Shown: positions 26,793-36,112, counted from the stretch's first letter. The stretch: DNA of 64,000 bases from Oscillospiraceae bacterium (GCA_017550285.1 JAFZPP010000021.1:21874-85873), one strand, 5' to 3'. Numbers and translations are program-made. The notes: a model not told the origin generated them from the letters alone.

Positions 26793-28517
26793 ATGGCTAA
26801 AACAATCTTCGGAACATCTGAAAAATCGAACTTTATCCTGAATATGGATCTGGATAAGTACCGCCGCGCCTGCGGCAAGCTGGTGCTCGGCATGCTCTGG
26901 GCGGTCGCCGCTTCGGAGGGCATCAATCAGCTGACAAATTCCGCCAATATGCGCCTCTCCGAAATGGTCAATGAGGGCGGCGGCGGCATGGTCTTCGCAC
27001 TGATTATGATTATGCTCCGTGCTGTTGCGATTTTCTTCTCAATCGCCGGTGTATTTGCAATCATCACGGTCGTGATCGGACTGATGCGCAGGCAGTTCAG
27101 CAAAGCAATGGCAGTTCCCTGCTGCATCCTTGCGGCAATGCTCGGCTGGGCAGCAATTTCGCTGTTCCATTCCTATGATCTCAAGACATCGTTCTTCGGA
27201 CAGGACGGCAGAGATGAAGGCTGGCTGGCGCTGCTGATTTATGCGTCTGTCTTTTATCTCGGCACCATGCTGCGGAAAAAGGACGACAGGGAATATTTCC
27301 TGCGCGGCATCCTGAATTTCGGCATCGTGCAGGGCGTCTGGGGATTCTTTCAGGCGCTGCCGGTCTTCGATTATATTGATTCCTCCAAGGGACTCAATGC
27401 ATACCGAAATATTGACCCGATGCTCTTCTGGAATGTCCGTCTGCCTGCCGGTCTGACCGACAGCCCCGTGACCTATGCCATGCTGCTCGGCATGCTGGCT
27501 GCTGTTGCGATTCCGACTGCGCTCTATGCAGAGGATAAGCAGACGCGGACACGCGGCATCATCTGCGGCGGACTGGCTGTCATGATGTCCTTCCGGACGC
27601 AGACAATCGCCGGACTGATTGCAGGCTGCGGCGCCGTACTGCTGGCGCTGATCCTGTTTGCCGTCAAGCGCAGTGCTGCAAAGGGGAAGGCATTTGCCGT
27701 ACCGGTCACTGCACTCTGCGCAGCGGTTCTGGCTGCCGGCTGGATTTTTATTGCGCCCGGCATGAACCATATGTATTATCATCCGGATAAAACCGTCAAC
27801 AAGGAGCCGCAGAAGGGTCTCAGCGTTTCGGCAGTCGAAGCGGATACGGCAGAGATCAAAATGCCGAACGGGTTTACCTTCAAGGACCGCGACGGCAATC
27901 CGCATGCAGCGCTCTATGACGGCGGCATCGTCTGGGATGACGGTTACTACCGTCTCAGCACCGCCGGCGCATACAGCGGCACAAAGGCGGAGAGCTTCAA
28001 TATCTACGATGCGGCATCCGTGCTGAAATACTGCCGCGAACAGGGCATCCGTGCAATCAAAATTGACCCGCTGCTCGGCGTCGGACCGGATAACTTCTAT
28101 TTCACGCAGCTTCGGACATCCTACGAGATCGGCTCCAATACGAATGCGGTTGACCGTCCCTATAACGATCTGCTGTATATTGCAGCAACGCGCGGCATCC
28201 CGTCGCTGCTGATGCATCTGGCGCTGCTGGTTGTCTGCTTCGTACTGGCATGGAAGCGTCGCGGCGTGCTGAAAAGCTGGACGGTTCCGGCGGCAGGCGG
28301 TGCGGTCGTGCTGTATACGGCGGCATCCATGACGGGCATCTCGGTGCTGACGGTTTCGCCGCTGTTCTGGTGTCTGCTCGGTATGCTGGCAGCAGAACCG
28401 ATTGCCGAGCCGGTCAGGGCGGCAGCGGAAAAGAAAGCAAAGACAGCGCCGAAGCAATCCGATGAGGCTGCGGAAAAAGCGCCGGCAAAGAAAAAAACAG
28501 GCAAAAAAAAGAAATAA
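26793..28517 (+). CDS. O-antigen ligase/polymerase-like polytopic membrane protein with a Lys-rich tail
   Basis: At least 10 TM helices, a large external loop, a Wzy_C-like segment (...PYNDLLYIAATRGIPSLLMHLALL...) and the tail ...KKAKTAPKQSDEAAEKAPAKKKTGKKKK. Confidence 0.6.
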   Translation: MAKTIFGTSEKSNFILNMDLDKYRRACGKLVLGMLWAVAASEGINQLTNSANMRLSEMVNEGGGGMVFALIMIMLRAVAIFFSIAGVFAIITVVIGLMRRQFSKAMAVPCCILAAMLGWAAISLFHSYDLKTSFFGQDGRDEGWLALLIYASVFYLGTMLRKKDDREYFLRGILNFGIVQGVWGFFQALPVFDYIDSSKGLNAYRNIDPMLFWNVRLPAGLTDSPVTYAMLLGMLAAVAIPTALYAEDKQTRTRGIICGGLAVMMSFRTQTIAGLIAGCGAVLLALILFAVKRSAAKGKAFAVPVTALCAAVLAAGWIFIAPGMNHMYYHPDKTVNKEPQKGLSVSAVEADTAEIKMPNGFTFKDRDGNPHAALYDGGIVWDDGYYRLSTAGAYSGTKAESFNIYDAASVLKYCREQGIRAIKIDPLLGVGPDNFYFTQLRTSYEIGSNTNAVDRPYNDLLYIAATRGIPSLLMHLALLVVCFVLAWKRRGVLKSWTVPAAGGAVVLYTAASMTGISVLTVSPLFWCLLGMLAAEPIAEPVRAAAEKKAKTAPKQSDEAAEKAPAKKKTGKKKK

Positions 28518-28530
28518 TGCGACCCAATTC

Positions 28531-28566
28531 GGGCAGGAGCCGTTCAGCGGTCTCCTGCCTTTTTTG
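28531..28566 (+). terminator. intrinsic terminator
   Basis: Stem gcaggag/ctctgc-type (gcaggagccgttcagcggtctcctgc) followed by T7. Confidence 0.75.
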
Positions 28567-28579
28567 CATTGCATCGGAC

Positions 28580-28608
28580 TTGCTTTTTTTCGGAAATTGT
28601 GCTATAAT
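28580..28608 (+). promoter_or_regulatory. promoter of the GH25 lysozyme gene
   Basis: TTGCTT, 17 nt spacer, TATAAT. Confidence 0.55.
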
Positions 28609-28646
28609 GTATAGGATTGTATTTTTATGCGGAAAGGAGTGGTATC

Positions 28647-30032
28647 TTGAACTGTATTCTGCGCCGGATCTCGGCGCTTCTGACGGCAGTGCTGCTGTTT
28701 TTTCTCATGATGACGGAACCGGCAGCGGATACCGCTCCGCCTGCTGCATCGGCTGCTGCTGAAATTCTCGGCATCGACATCTCCAAATATCAGGAGGAGA
28801 TCGACTGGGAAACGCTCGCGGCAAGTGATGTCAAATTCGTCATTCTGCGCTGCTGCAAGGTCATCCGCGCATATAACGACTGGGAGGTCGATGCGACCTT
28901 CGAGACGAACTATGCCGCAGCAAAGGCTGCCGGTATCGCCGTCGGCTGCTATATGTTCACGGATGCCGCCAGCACCGAGGAATTTGAAGAGGATGTCTCC
29001 TACATGCTCAGCTTTTTGCAGGATAAATCCTTTGAGTTTCCGGTTTTTCTCGATATGGAATCGGCATCGCGGCAGGAGCATCTCTCCCCGAGCGTCTTTA
29101 TGCCGGCACTGCTGACCGGTCTGGAAATGATCGAAGATGCCGGTCATACGGCAGGCGTCTATTCCAGCTCCGCATTCTTCAATGAGTGCATCGACCGCAA
29201 GCAGATTCAGGAGGCAGGCTATCCGATCTGGGAGGCAAATTACTTCAACACAATCAACGGACTGACAAGCCCTGCCGGTCACGATCTCTCTGGCGAAGCT
29301 ACAATCTGGCAGTATTCCGGCTGCGGCAGAGCACCCGGCATCCGCACGACCGTTGACTGCAATATCTGCTATACATACAGCTACTTCAACCACGCGGCAA
29401 CGATTGTCAACTCCGTACTCCCGAGCGGCTCGCTCCGTAACGGTTCCAACTTTACGATTGCCGGAACGATCAACTCCGAATCCGTCATCCGGACAATCAC
29501 CGGCGCAATCTACGATATCAATAAGCCCGGCGAGCCCGTCCAGACCGTCACGGTCTATCCGCATGCGCGCGAATACAAGCTGACCGGCTTCTTCACGAAA
29601 AAGCTGATCTTTTCCACGCTCCCCGACGGTGACTACGAGCTGCGCATCACAGCAGTTGACGCTTCCGATACGCCGATTGATATTACCGAATCCCAGTTTT
29701 CTATCAGCAAGGACGGCGATATACCGCAGCAGGTACCGGAAGACTCCGGCGGCGCCGAAGGCAATCGCAGAGCGGATGAAAGCTGGAGTAATTACACCGG
29801 ACCGCTGAGCACGCACGGACAGTTCCACACGCGCTTTTCGATCTGGACGCTCAAGCATCTTTCCATGCGGACCGTCAGCGGCACGGCGACGCGAATCGGC
29901 TTGAAGCTGCAACTGGAACGCACACCGCTCTACCGCATTGTCTCCAAAACCTTCCTCTCGCTGGAAACCGGCTATCTCGCAGCCAAGCTGCGGCTCGAGG
30001 TCGAAAAGGCAAGAGCGGCAGCCCTCTCCTGA
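28647..30032 (+). CDS. GH25 muramidase (lysozyme) with an additional C-terminal domain
   Basis: GIDISKYQEEIDWETLAASDVKFVILRC... is the GH25 signature. A TTG start at 28647, 7 nt after AAAGGAG, is preferred over the ORF-track start at 28617. Confidence 0.85.
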   Translation: MNCILRRISALLTAVLLFFLMMTEPAADTAPPAASAAAEILGIDISKYQEEIDWETLAASDVKFVILRCCKVIRAYNDWEVDATFETNYAAAKAAGIAVGCYMFTDAASTEEFEEDVSYMLSFLQDKSFEFPVFLDMESASRQEHLSPSVFMPALLTGLEMIEDAGHTAGVYSSSAFFNECIDRKQIQEAGYPIWEANYFNTINGLTSPAGHDLSGEATIWQYSGCGRAPGIRTTVDCNICYTYSYFNHAATIVNSVLPSGSLRNGSNFTIAGTINSESVIRTITGAIYDINKPGEPVQTVTVYPHAREYKLTGFFTKKLIFSTLPDGDYELRITAVDASDTPIDITESQFSISKDGDIPQQVPEDSGGAEGNRRADESWSNYTGPLSTHGQFHTRFSIWTLKHLSMRTVSGTATRIGLKLQLERTPLYRIVSKTFLSLETGYLAAKLRLEVEKARAAALS

Positions 30033-30050
30033 AAACAAAACAGCATAGAA

Positions 30051-30094
30051 AAATCCCGAATGCAGTGCAGAAACGCTGCATTCGGGATTTTTTG
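30051..30094. terminator. bidirectional terminator
   Basis: Stem aaatcccgaatgcag/ctgcattcgggattt with flanking A-run and T-run, between convergent genes. Confidence 0.75.
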
Positions 30095-30099
30095 CATAT

Positions 30100-30279
30100 T
30101 CAGCGGAAGCGCCGCTGCGCTTCGTCATAGCGAAAGCCTGCCGCCTTCATTTTTTCAGTCAGTGCAGAAAGATCAAGCTGATGCTCGGAGCAGAATTCCG
30201 CAAGCGTCAGCCCCGTATCGCGGAGCTGCGTATTCAGAAAGCTGAACAGAATAAACACATCGTTCGGGAGCTGCATCAT
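30100..30279 (-). CDS. DUF4250-family small protein (59 aa, below the ORF-track cutoff)
   Basis: MMQLPNDVFILFSFLNTQLRDTGLTLAEFCSEHQLDLSALTEKMKAAGFRYDEAQRRFR fits the DUF4250 pattern (LP.D..L.S..N..LRD...L.E.C......YDE....F). The ATG overlaps the upstream stop. Confidence 0.7.
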   Translation of the reverse strand: MMQLPNDVFILFSFLNTQLRDTGLTLAEFCSEHQLDLSALTEKMKAAGFRYDEAQRRFR

Positions 30280-31205
30280 GCCGCCTCCCTTCCAAGTTCT
30301 TCATCTGCAATCTCCGGCTCGGCTTCCTTCGGCACGCGCAGATCCTGCGGCATCGCTTCCAGAATCAGCGGGTCGATCACGACCGCCTGCTTGGAAAGTC
30401 CCTCATAGGCTGCCTCGACCGCCTTCCTGTAATAGGGCGTGATATCGTTGCCCGACATCGAATCGCAGAAATAATAATAATCATCGTCATAGCCGATCAG
30501 CACCAGTGCGTGCTCCGGATTGACGAATTCATAGAGCTTGCCGTCCGGCAGAATCCAGTGAAATTCGCTGACGTAGGGACGCTGCATGTAGATCGTGCCC
30601 CAGAAAATGACCGGCTGTCCCTTGTCGATAAAATCGCTGCACAGCTTATCAATCGAATAGCCGTTCAGCGGTTTGGCGAGTCCGTCCGCGATCTTGTTGA
30701 TCGCCTTGGAGATCGCCGTATTATAGCAGCCGAAGCCGCCGGGGTCTCTCGGATCACCGATGAAGAATTCCCACGGGCTTGCGCCGTGCATCTCGCCGTC
30801 TTTTCCGACATCCGGATACGCCGCTTTCGGCAGATACTTTTCCACAAAGCGCTCAATATCAATATCCACGCCGAAATATTGCAGCACAGATACCGACGCG
30901 AACGATTCACATGCCGTAAAATAGCTTGTAAACTGCGTATAATGCGGTACACCCTGAATCACAACGCCGTTTCTGCCGTTGTAGTTTTCGAGCGTATGCT
31001 CCTGCCACGCCGGATCAATCGTGACAGTTGTCGTCGTACCGACTGTGGTAGACGTCGTCAGAATGCTCGCAAGCACATGATCCGGCAGCAGTGCCTCGGC
31101 ATCATCCGGAATCTGGATGACCTCGCCGCAGCTGCATAGAATCAGCACAAGAACCGGCGCACAGATCAGCAGCAGCAGATCGCGCAGCCGCAGATGATTC
31201 TCCAA
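30276..31205 (-). CDS. peptidase C39-like (C39_2) family lipoprotein
   Basis: Signal peptide with Cys (LILCSCG), Thr-rich spacer, then ...GVPHYTQ....CESFASVSVLQYFG...ALVLIGYDDDYYYFCDS... which resembles the papain-like C39_2 fold. Confidence 0.6.
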   Translation of the reverse strand: MENHLRLRDLLLLICAPVLVLILCSCGEVIQIPDDAEALLPDHVLASILTTSTTVGTTTTVTIDPAWQEHTLENYNGRNGVVIQGVPHYTQFTSYFTACESFASVSVLQYFGVDIDIERFVEKYLPKAAYPDVGKDGEMHGASPWEFFIGDPRDPGGFGCYNTAISKAINKIADGLAKPLNGYSIDKLCSDFIDKGQPVIFWGTIYMQRPYVSEFHWILPDGKLYEFVNPEHALVLIGYDDDYYYFCDSMSGNDITPYYRKAVEAAYEGLSKQAVVIDPLILEAMPQDLRVPKEAEPEIADEELGREAA

Positions 31206-31405
31206 TCCAATCTCTCCTCATTCGGAAATTCTTCTGTCTTTATCTACGTTATTATACACGAAAACAGATAATTTGTCAAACATCATACAATAAAATGCGC
31301 CGCATCCCTGAAAAACACATTTTCGCCGACCGCTTTTTGTAGCAATATGCCCCAAACTGCATAGAATAAGGCAAACGGCACAGCCGCAATATTTGGGAGG
31401 TTATC

Positions 31406-32455
31406 ATGCAAAGAACATATTTTCTGGGCGGTGCATCTCCGGTAGGTTTTTCCACATCCTTCTGGACAGCACACCGCGATTGCTACGGATACTATCTGAA
31501 AGGCGGTCCCGGGACCGGCAAATCGACGCTGATGAAAAAGATCGCAGCAGCCTTTTCGGGCGAGGATATCTCCTGCTGGCACTGCGCCTCGGATCCGCGC
31601 TCGCTGGATGCCGTCGTGCTGGAGGAACGCGGTGTATTCATCGCAGATGCGACCGCGCCGCATGAATCCGGCACACCGCTCCCCTATGTCACCGGAGAAA
31701 CTGTCGATCTGGCGGCAGGACTCTCACCCAAGGTGCTGCAAGAGAGCCGCACAGAGATTCTGCGGCTTTACCGTGAGAATCAGTCTGCGCATATGCAGGC
31801 GCGCAAAGGGATTGCCGGCATCGCAGAAATGGAGGCGATCATTGCGGACACCGGTGCACTGGCGTTGCAGCAGGAAAAGCTGCAAGGCTTTGCGGCAAGG
31901 CTCGGCAGGCGCCTGATTCCGAGAACGACCGGTCAGCAGGGCGATGTGCTGTACCGGCAGAGCGCAGCGCTGACACCCGAAGGATATCTCCGGTATCTGC
32001 CGGAGGGCTTTGACCTGATTCTGATTCATGATCCGCTGCGGACCGGCGCTGCCTTCCTGCTGCGGCAGCTCGCGGAATACGCAGCCGCTTCGGGCAATCT
32101 CTGCGAGGTGACGCAGGCGCTCACCCGACCCGACTTCCCGCCGGTGATGCTGATTCTTCCGGCGCAGAAGCTGATCCTCGCCGCCGTCACGGAGTTCTCC
32201 GCGCCTGATCTGCCGGCGCCGGTCTCCTGCATCCGGATGCAGCGGTTTTATGATCCTGCATTGCTGAAAAAGCACCGTTCCCTGCTGCGTTTTTGCAGCA
32301 GAACCGCCGCACAGACCGAACAGCGGGTCATTGCGCTGCTCTCTGATGCGCTGCAAATCCATGACGATCTGGAATCCTATTATATCCGCGCCCTCAATCC
32401 GGCATTCCTTGACCGCACAGCAGAGGCGCTGATGAAAGAGATCGCTGCACGGTGA
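31406..32455 (+). CDS. P-loop ATPase of unknown function
   Basis: RBS GGAGG. Walker A motif LKGGPGTGKSTLMKK. No further family assignment. Confidence 0.7.
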   Translation: MQRTYFLGGASPVGFSTSFWTAHRDCYGYYLKGGPGTGKSTLMKKIAAAFSGEDISCWHCASDPRSLDAVVLEERGVFIADATAPHESGTPLPYVTGETVDLAAGLSPKVLQESRTEILRLYRENQSAHMQARKGIAGIAEMEAIIADTGALALQQEKLQGFAARLGRRLIPRTTGQQGDVLYRQSAALTPEGYLRYLPEGFDLILIHDPLRTGAAFLLRQLAEYAAASGNLCEVTQALTRPDFPPVMLILPAQKLILAAVTEFSAPDLPAPVSCIRMQRFYDPALLKKHRSLLRFCSRTAAQTEQRVIALLSDALQIHDDLESYYIRALNPAFLDRTAEALMKEIAAR

Positions 32456-32488
32456 GGGATGCACAGTAACCGCCGGACAGCATAACAC

Positions 32489-32531
32489 AGCCGCTGAAAT
32501 TCAGCATTTACGCGAATTTCAGCGGCTTAAT
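32489..32531. terminator. bidirectional hairpin terminator
   Basis: 13-bp stem agccgctgaaatt/aatttcagcggct between convergent genes. Confidence 0.65.
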
Positions 32532-32549
32532 TCATATTCAATCAGACCG

Positions 32550-34598
32550 TCAGGAACGGTTGAATGCCAAAACGGCTTCGTAGCACATATAAACGTCGAT
32601 CTTACTGACGACCTCAAACGGTGCGTGCATCGAGAGCACCGGAACGCCGACATCAACCGTATCAATATTCAGGTTTGCGAGATAGGCAGCGACCGTACCG
32701 CCGCCGCCGAGATCGACCTTGCCGAGCTCACCGGTCTGCCAGATCACGCCTGCCTCATCAAAGAGCGTGCGCATCTTTCCGATAAATTCCGCAGAAGCAT
32801 CCGAGGAGCCGCTCTTGCCGCGCGCGCCGGTATACTTCATCATGCATACGCCGTAATTGATATATGCGCAGTTTCTGCGGTCATTCACATCGGCAAAGGT
32901 CGGATCGAATGCAGCCGTCACATCCGCAGAAAGGCACTGCGAATTGGCAAAGACCGTATGCGCCTCCGTGCCGAATGCAGCCGCCAGATCCTTCATGAAA
33001 TGACAGAAATACGCAGACTGCAAGCCGGTATTGCCCTCGCTGCCGATTTCTTCCTTATCGGTCAGAATGACGACGGCAGTATGCTGCGGATGCTCGGTCG
33101 CAAGCAGTGCTGCCAGCGACGGATATGCGCAGACGCGGTCATCATGCCCGTATGCGCCGATCATGCTGCGGTCAAAGCCGAGATCACGCGCACTGCCTGC
33201 CGGAACGATCTCCAGCTCGGCAGAGAGGAAATCCGCCTCGGTGATGCCGTATTTTTCATTGAGAATCTGCATAATGCGCAGCTTGACAAGCTCGCTGCCC
33301 TCATCGCTGCGGAACGGACGCGAACCGATCAGCAGATTGAGCTCCTCGCCCTTGATGCCCTGCGCGAGGGTACGCTTGACCTGCTCCTGTGCCAGATGCG
33401 GCAGCAGATCGGTCACGCAGAAGACCGGATCGGCAGGGTCCTCGCCGACCGTAATCTGCACGACAGAGCCGTCCTTCTTTGCGACAACGCCGTGCAGTGC
33501 CAGCGGCAGAACCGTCCACTGATATTTCTTGATTCCGCCGTAATAATGCGTTTTGAGCAGTGCAAGCTCACCGTCCTCATAGAGCGGCATCTGCTTGAGA
33601 TCGAGACGCGGCGAGTCGATATGTGCCGCAGAAAGCCGGATGCCGTCCTCGAGCGGCTCGCTGCCGATCACCGCCGCGATGATCGCCTTGCCGCGGTTGC
33701 AGGTGTAAATCTTATCGCCTGCCTTGACCGCGTCACCGCGCTTCCAGAGCCGGAAGCCCTGCTTCTCCAGCAGCTCTGCGGCATAGGAAGCCGCCTCACG
33801 TTCTGTTTTTCCGTGATCGAGGAAGGTCTTATAGCCCTCGCAGAATGCATCGCATTCCGCAATTTTCGCATCATCGAGCAGCAGCGCTGCATTCTTTTTC
33901 TGCATCAGCAGAGATTCCTTCAAAGTCTTGACTGCATCCTGATTTTCCAAAGTGAGTTCCTCCTTGTCGATTGTATGAGATTCAAAATATATTTCCGCCT
34001 GCTGCCGCAGCATCCGGACAACCTGTCCGACTGCCTCTGTCAGCGCGGCTTCACTTCCGTTATTTTCAATGACAGCATCGGAATGCGCGCGGAAGAATTC
34101 CTCCGGATGCTGTGCATTCATGCGCTGCTCCGCCTGTGTATCCGTCAGCGCATCTCGTTCGATAATCCGCGTCCGCCGCACATCACGCGGCGCAATTACG
34201 GAGATGACGGCTTCGCAAAAGCGGTCGATGCCGCTCTCGAACAGCGTCGGCGCATCGAGCAGAATGATGCGGCTGCCGTTTTCTGCATAGTGCTCCGCCT
34301 GCTGCCGGATCATCCGCGTAATATACGGATAGATGATTGCCTGATACCGCGCCCGTGCTGCTTCGTCACTGAAAATCAGCGAAGCAACGGCTTTCCGGTT
34401 CATCTGACCGTCCGGCAGAAGAATGCTGTCGCCGAAGACACGCTGCATTGCCAGCAGGCAGGATGAACCGCGTCCGACAACCTGCCGCGCGACGGTATCC
34501 GCATTGATGACTGCGATGCCTTCCGCTTCAAACAGCCTGCTGACGGTTGTCTTGCCGGCACCGGTCTGACCGGTCAGCCCGACGAGATAACTGTTCAC
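32550..34598 (-). CDS. coaE: in-frame fusion of dephospho-CoA kinase (N-terminal ~200 aa) and an M18-family aminopeptidase (C-terminal ~465 aa)
   Basis: CoaE P-loop GLTGQTGAGKTT. M18 signatures HIDSPRLDLK, HYYGGIKKYQW, GAYGHDDRVCAY, DKEEIGSEGNTG and LSMHAPFE. GTG start. No stop codon between the two halves. Confidence 0.85.
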   Translation of the reverse strand: MNSYLVGLTGQTGAGKTTVSRLFEAEGIAVINADTVARQVVGRGSSCLLAMQRVFGDSILLPDGQMNRKAVASLIFSDEAARARYQAIIYPYITRMIRQQAEHYAENGSRIILLDAPTLFESGIDRFCEAVISVIAPRDVRRTRIIERDALTDTQAEQRMNAQHPEEFFRAHSDAVIENNGSEAALTEAVGQVVRMLRQQAEIYFESHTIDKEELTLENQDAVKTLKESLLMQKKNAALLLDDAKIAECDAFCEGYKTFLDHGKTEREAASYAAELLEKQGFRLWKRGDAVKAGDKIYTCNRGKAIIAAVIGSEPLEDGIRLSAAHIDSPRLDLKQMPLYEDGELALLKTHYYGGIKKYQWTVLPLALHGVVAKKDGSVVQITVGEDPADPVFCVTDLLPHLAQEQVKRTLAQGIKGEELNLLIGSRPFRSDEGSELVKLRIMQILNEKYGITEADFLSAELEIVPAGSARDLGFDRSMIGAYGHDDRVCAYPSLAALLATEHPQHTAVVILTDKEEIGSEGNTGLQSAYFCHFMKDLAAAFGTEAHTVFANSQCLSADVTAAFDPTFADVNDRRNCAYINYGVCMMKYTGARGKSGSSDASAEFIGKMRTLFDEAGVIWQTGELGKVDLGGGGTVAAYLANLNIDTVDVGVPVLSMHAPFEVVSKIDVYMCYEAVLAFNRS

Positions 34599-34636
34599 TC
34601 TGATACGCTCACATCCTTTCCGTCAGTTCCTGCTAT

Positions 34637-34666
34637 ATTATATCACAATCCGCAAATAAAAGTCAA
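34637..34666 (-). promoter_or_regulatory. promoter of the coaE-fusion gene
   Basis: On the minus strand: TTGACT, 18 nt spacer, TATAAT. It lies immediately downstream of repeat copy C. Confidence 0.5.
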
Positions 34667-34716
34667 GGCGGCGGGCTGTGCCCGCATCCCGCATCCATTG
34701 ATCTGAAGCCCGCCGG
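34667..34716. repeat. GC-palindrome/GATCTAAAG dispersed repeat, copy C
   Basis: ggcggcgggctgtgcccgcatcccgcatccattgatctgaagcccgccgg. Confidence 0.75.
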
Positions 34717-34776
34717 AGACGCAGGATGCAGAAATAGTTGACTATGCTTCAATCAGGCAATGCTTTTTTCAGAACA

Positions 34777-34808
34777 GGCGGGCAGTGCCCGCATCCATTG
34801 ATCTAAAG
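34777..34808. repeat. GC-palindrome/GATCTAAAG dispersed repeat, copy D
   Basis: ggcgggcagtgcccgcatccattgatctaaag. This copy lacks the distal CCCGCCGG arm. A degenerate half-site cagcgggcagtgctccgg lies at ~34898. Confidence 0.75.
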
Positions 34809-34835
34809 ATCTGGTAAGCATTCTGCAAACGAAGT

Positions 34836-34875
34836 CTATTCTCTTCTCCTTCCTCTATCCTCCTTTTACTCTGCA
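34836..34875. repeat. polypyrimidine (CT-rich) tract, the complement of an SD-like GGA-rich tract
   Basis: ctattctcttctccttcctctatcctccttttactctgc. It sits in the same position relative to the dispersed repeat as the 11417-11512 tract. Confidence 0.7.
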
Positions 34876-34949
34876 AATTCCATGATAATATGCGATCAGC
34901 GGGCAGTGCTCCGGTTCGTCAGCTGCTGCAAAAAGATACCGCTCTCTGC

Positions 34950-34978
34950 TTGCTTTTTTCGTGATTATATGGTATAAT
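34950..34978 (+). promoter_or_regulatory. ruvC promoter
   Basis: TTGCTT, 17 nt spacer, TATAAT, with TGG as an extended -10. Confidence 0.55.
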
Positions 34979-35010
34979 AGAATAGACTACTTATGGGAGG
35001 CTGAAAAAAC

Positions 35011-35490
35011 ATGCGGATTCTCGGGATTGATCCGGGCTATGCAACGGTCGGATTCGGCATTGTCGATTATCAGGGCATGGATTTCCGGACGGTCGAGTTC
35101 GGCGCGATCCTGACACCGGCACATACCGATTTCAACGGCAGGCTGCTCCAGATCTACGATGACATGGATTTTCTCCTCTCCCGTTACCGGCCGCAGGTTA
35201 TGGCGGTCGAAAAGCTCTATTTCAATACCAATAAAACGACCGGCATCATGGTTGCTGAGGCGCGCGGCGTGATTCTGCTCGCGTGCGCAAAGCATCAGAT
35301 TCCCGTTTCGGAATATACGCCCTTGCAGGTCAAATCCGCTGTCGTCGGATACGGCAAGGCGGAAAAGCAGCAGGTCATGGATATGACGCGGCGGATTCTG
35401 CATCTCAGCGAGGTGCCGAAGCCTGATGATGCCGCGGATGCGCTGGCGCTGGCAATCTGTCACGGACACTGCGCCAAGCCGGATTACTGA
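35011..35490 (+). CDS. ruvC: crossover junction endodeoxyribonuclease RuvC
   Basis: MRILGIDPGYATVGFGIV... plus conserved acidic catalytic residues. Confidence 0.93.
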   Translation: MRILGIDPGYATVGFGIVDYQGMDFRTVEFGAILTPAHTDFNGRLLQIYDDMDFLLSRYRPQVMAVEKLYFNTNKTTGIMVAEARGVILLACAKHQIPVSEYTPLQVKSAVVGYGKAEKQQVMDMTRRILHLSEVPKPDDAADALALAICHGHCAKPDY

Positions 35491-35509
35491 TCGCAACGGA
35501 GGAACAGCT

Positions 35510-36112
35510 TTGATAGACCATATTCGCGGAAAGGTTTCCCATAAGGAGCCGAATCTTGTCGTAATCGAATGCGGCGGCATCGGATATGCCTGCCGGACAA
35601 GCATGCAGACGGCTGCGGCGGTCGGTGCCGCGGGCGAGGAGACACTGCTCTATACGCGCATGACCGTTCGTGAGGACGAAATTGCGCTGTACGGCTTCTC
35701 TGAACGCAGCGAACGCAGTTGCTTTGATCAGCTGACAGGCATTTCCGGTGTCGGACCGAAGGCGGCGCTTGCCATTCTTTCCGATTTTACGCCTGACCGC
35801 TTTGCGCTGGCAGTTGCGGCAGGAGACTATAAGCAATTCACGAAGACCAAGGGAATCGGCGCAAAGACCGCACAGCGGATTGTGCTGGAACTCAAGGATA
35901 AGGTCGCAAAATCCGTGCAGAGCGAGGGACTTCCCGCTGCACCGGTGACAGTCGGCAGCGGCAGTCTCGAGGAGGCGATGAGCGCTTTGCAGGTGCTCGG
36001 CTATTCGCAGAGTGAGGTTGCAGGTGTGTTGGCTTCGCTCGACCCGTCGCTTTCTTCTTCGGAGCTGATCCGGCTTTCGCTTTTGCAGCTCGGCAAAAAC
36101 ATGTTCAAATAA
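35510..36112 (+). CDS. ruvA: Holliday junction branch migration complex subunit RuvA
   Basis: TTG start 7 nt after GGAGGA. LIDHIRGKV...VVIECGGIGY... and the HhH region GISGVGPKAALAIL. Confidence 0.9.
   Translation: MIDHIRGKVSHKEPNLVVIECGGIGYACRTSMQTAAAVGAAGEETLLYTRMTVREDEIALYGFSERSERSCFDQLTGISGVGPKAALAILSDFTPDRFALAVAAGDYKQFTKTKGIGAKTAQRIVLELKDKVAKSVQSEGLPAAPVTVGSGSLEEAMSALQVLGYSQSEVAGVLASLDPSLSSSELIRLSLLQLGKNMFK

Noticed and set aside
27039-30128. Two long minus-strand ORFs (27039-28574, 511 aa; 28602-30128, 508 aa).
   Set aside because: They are antisense to the O-antigen-ligase-like and GH25 genes. Their translations are Arg/Cys/Gln-rich and non-protein-like, with no RBS. The + strand genes have signal/TM segments and family motifs.
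32625-34466. 613-aa + strand ORF opposite the coaE-M18 fusion. Similar long antisense ORFs occur at 36001-37437, 42448-44004, 52107-53165, 55581-56792 and 57774-59339.
   Set aside because: All overlap well-supported genes on the other strand, lack RBSs and have a skewed composition rich in Arg, Cys and His. These are typical GC-rich shadow frames.
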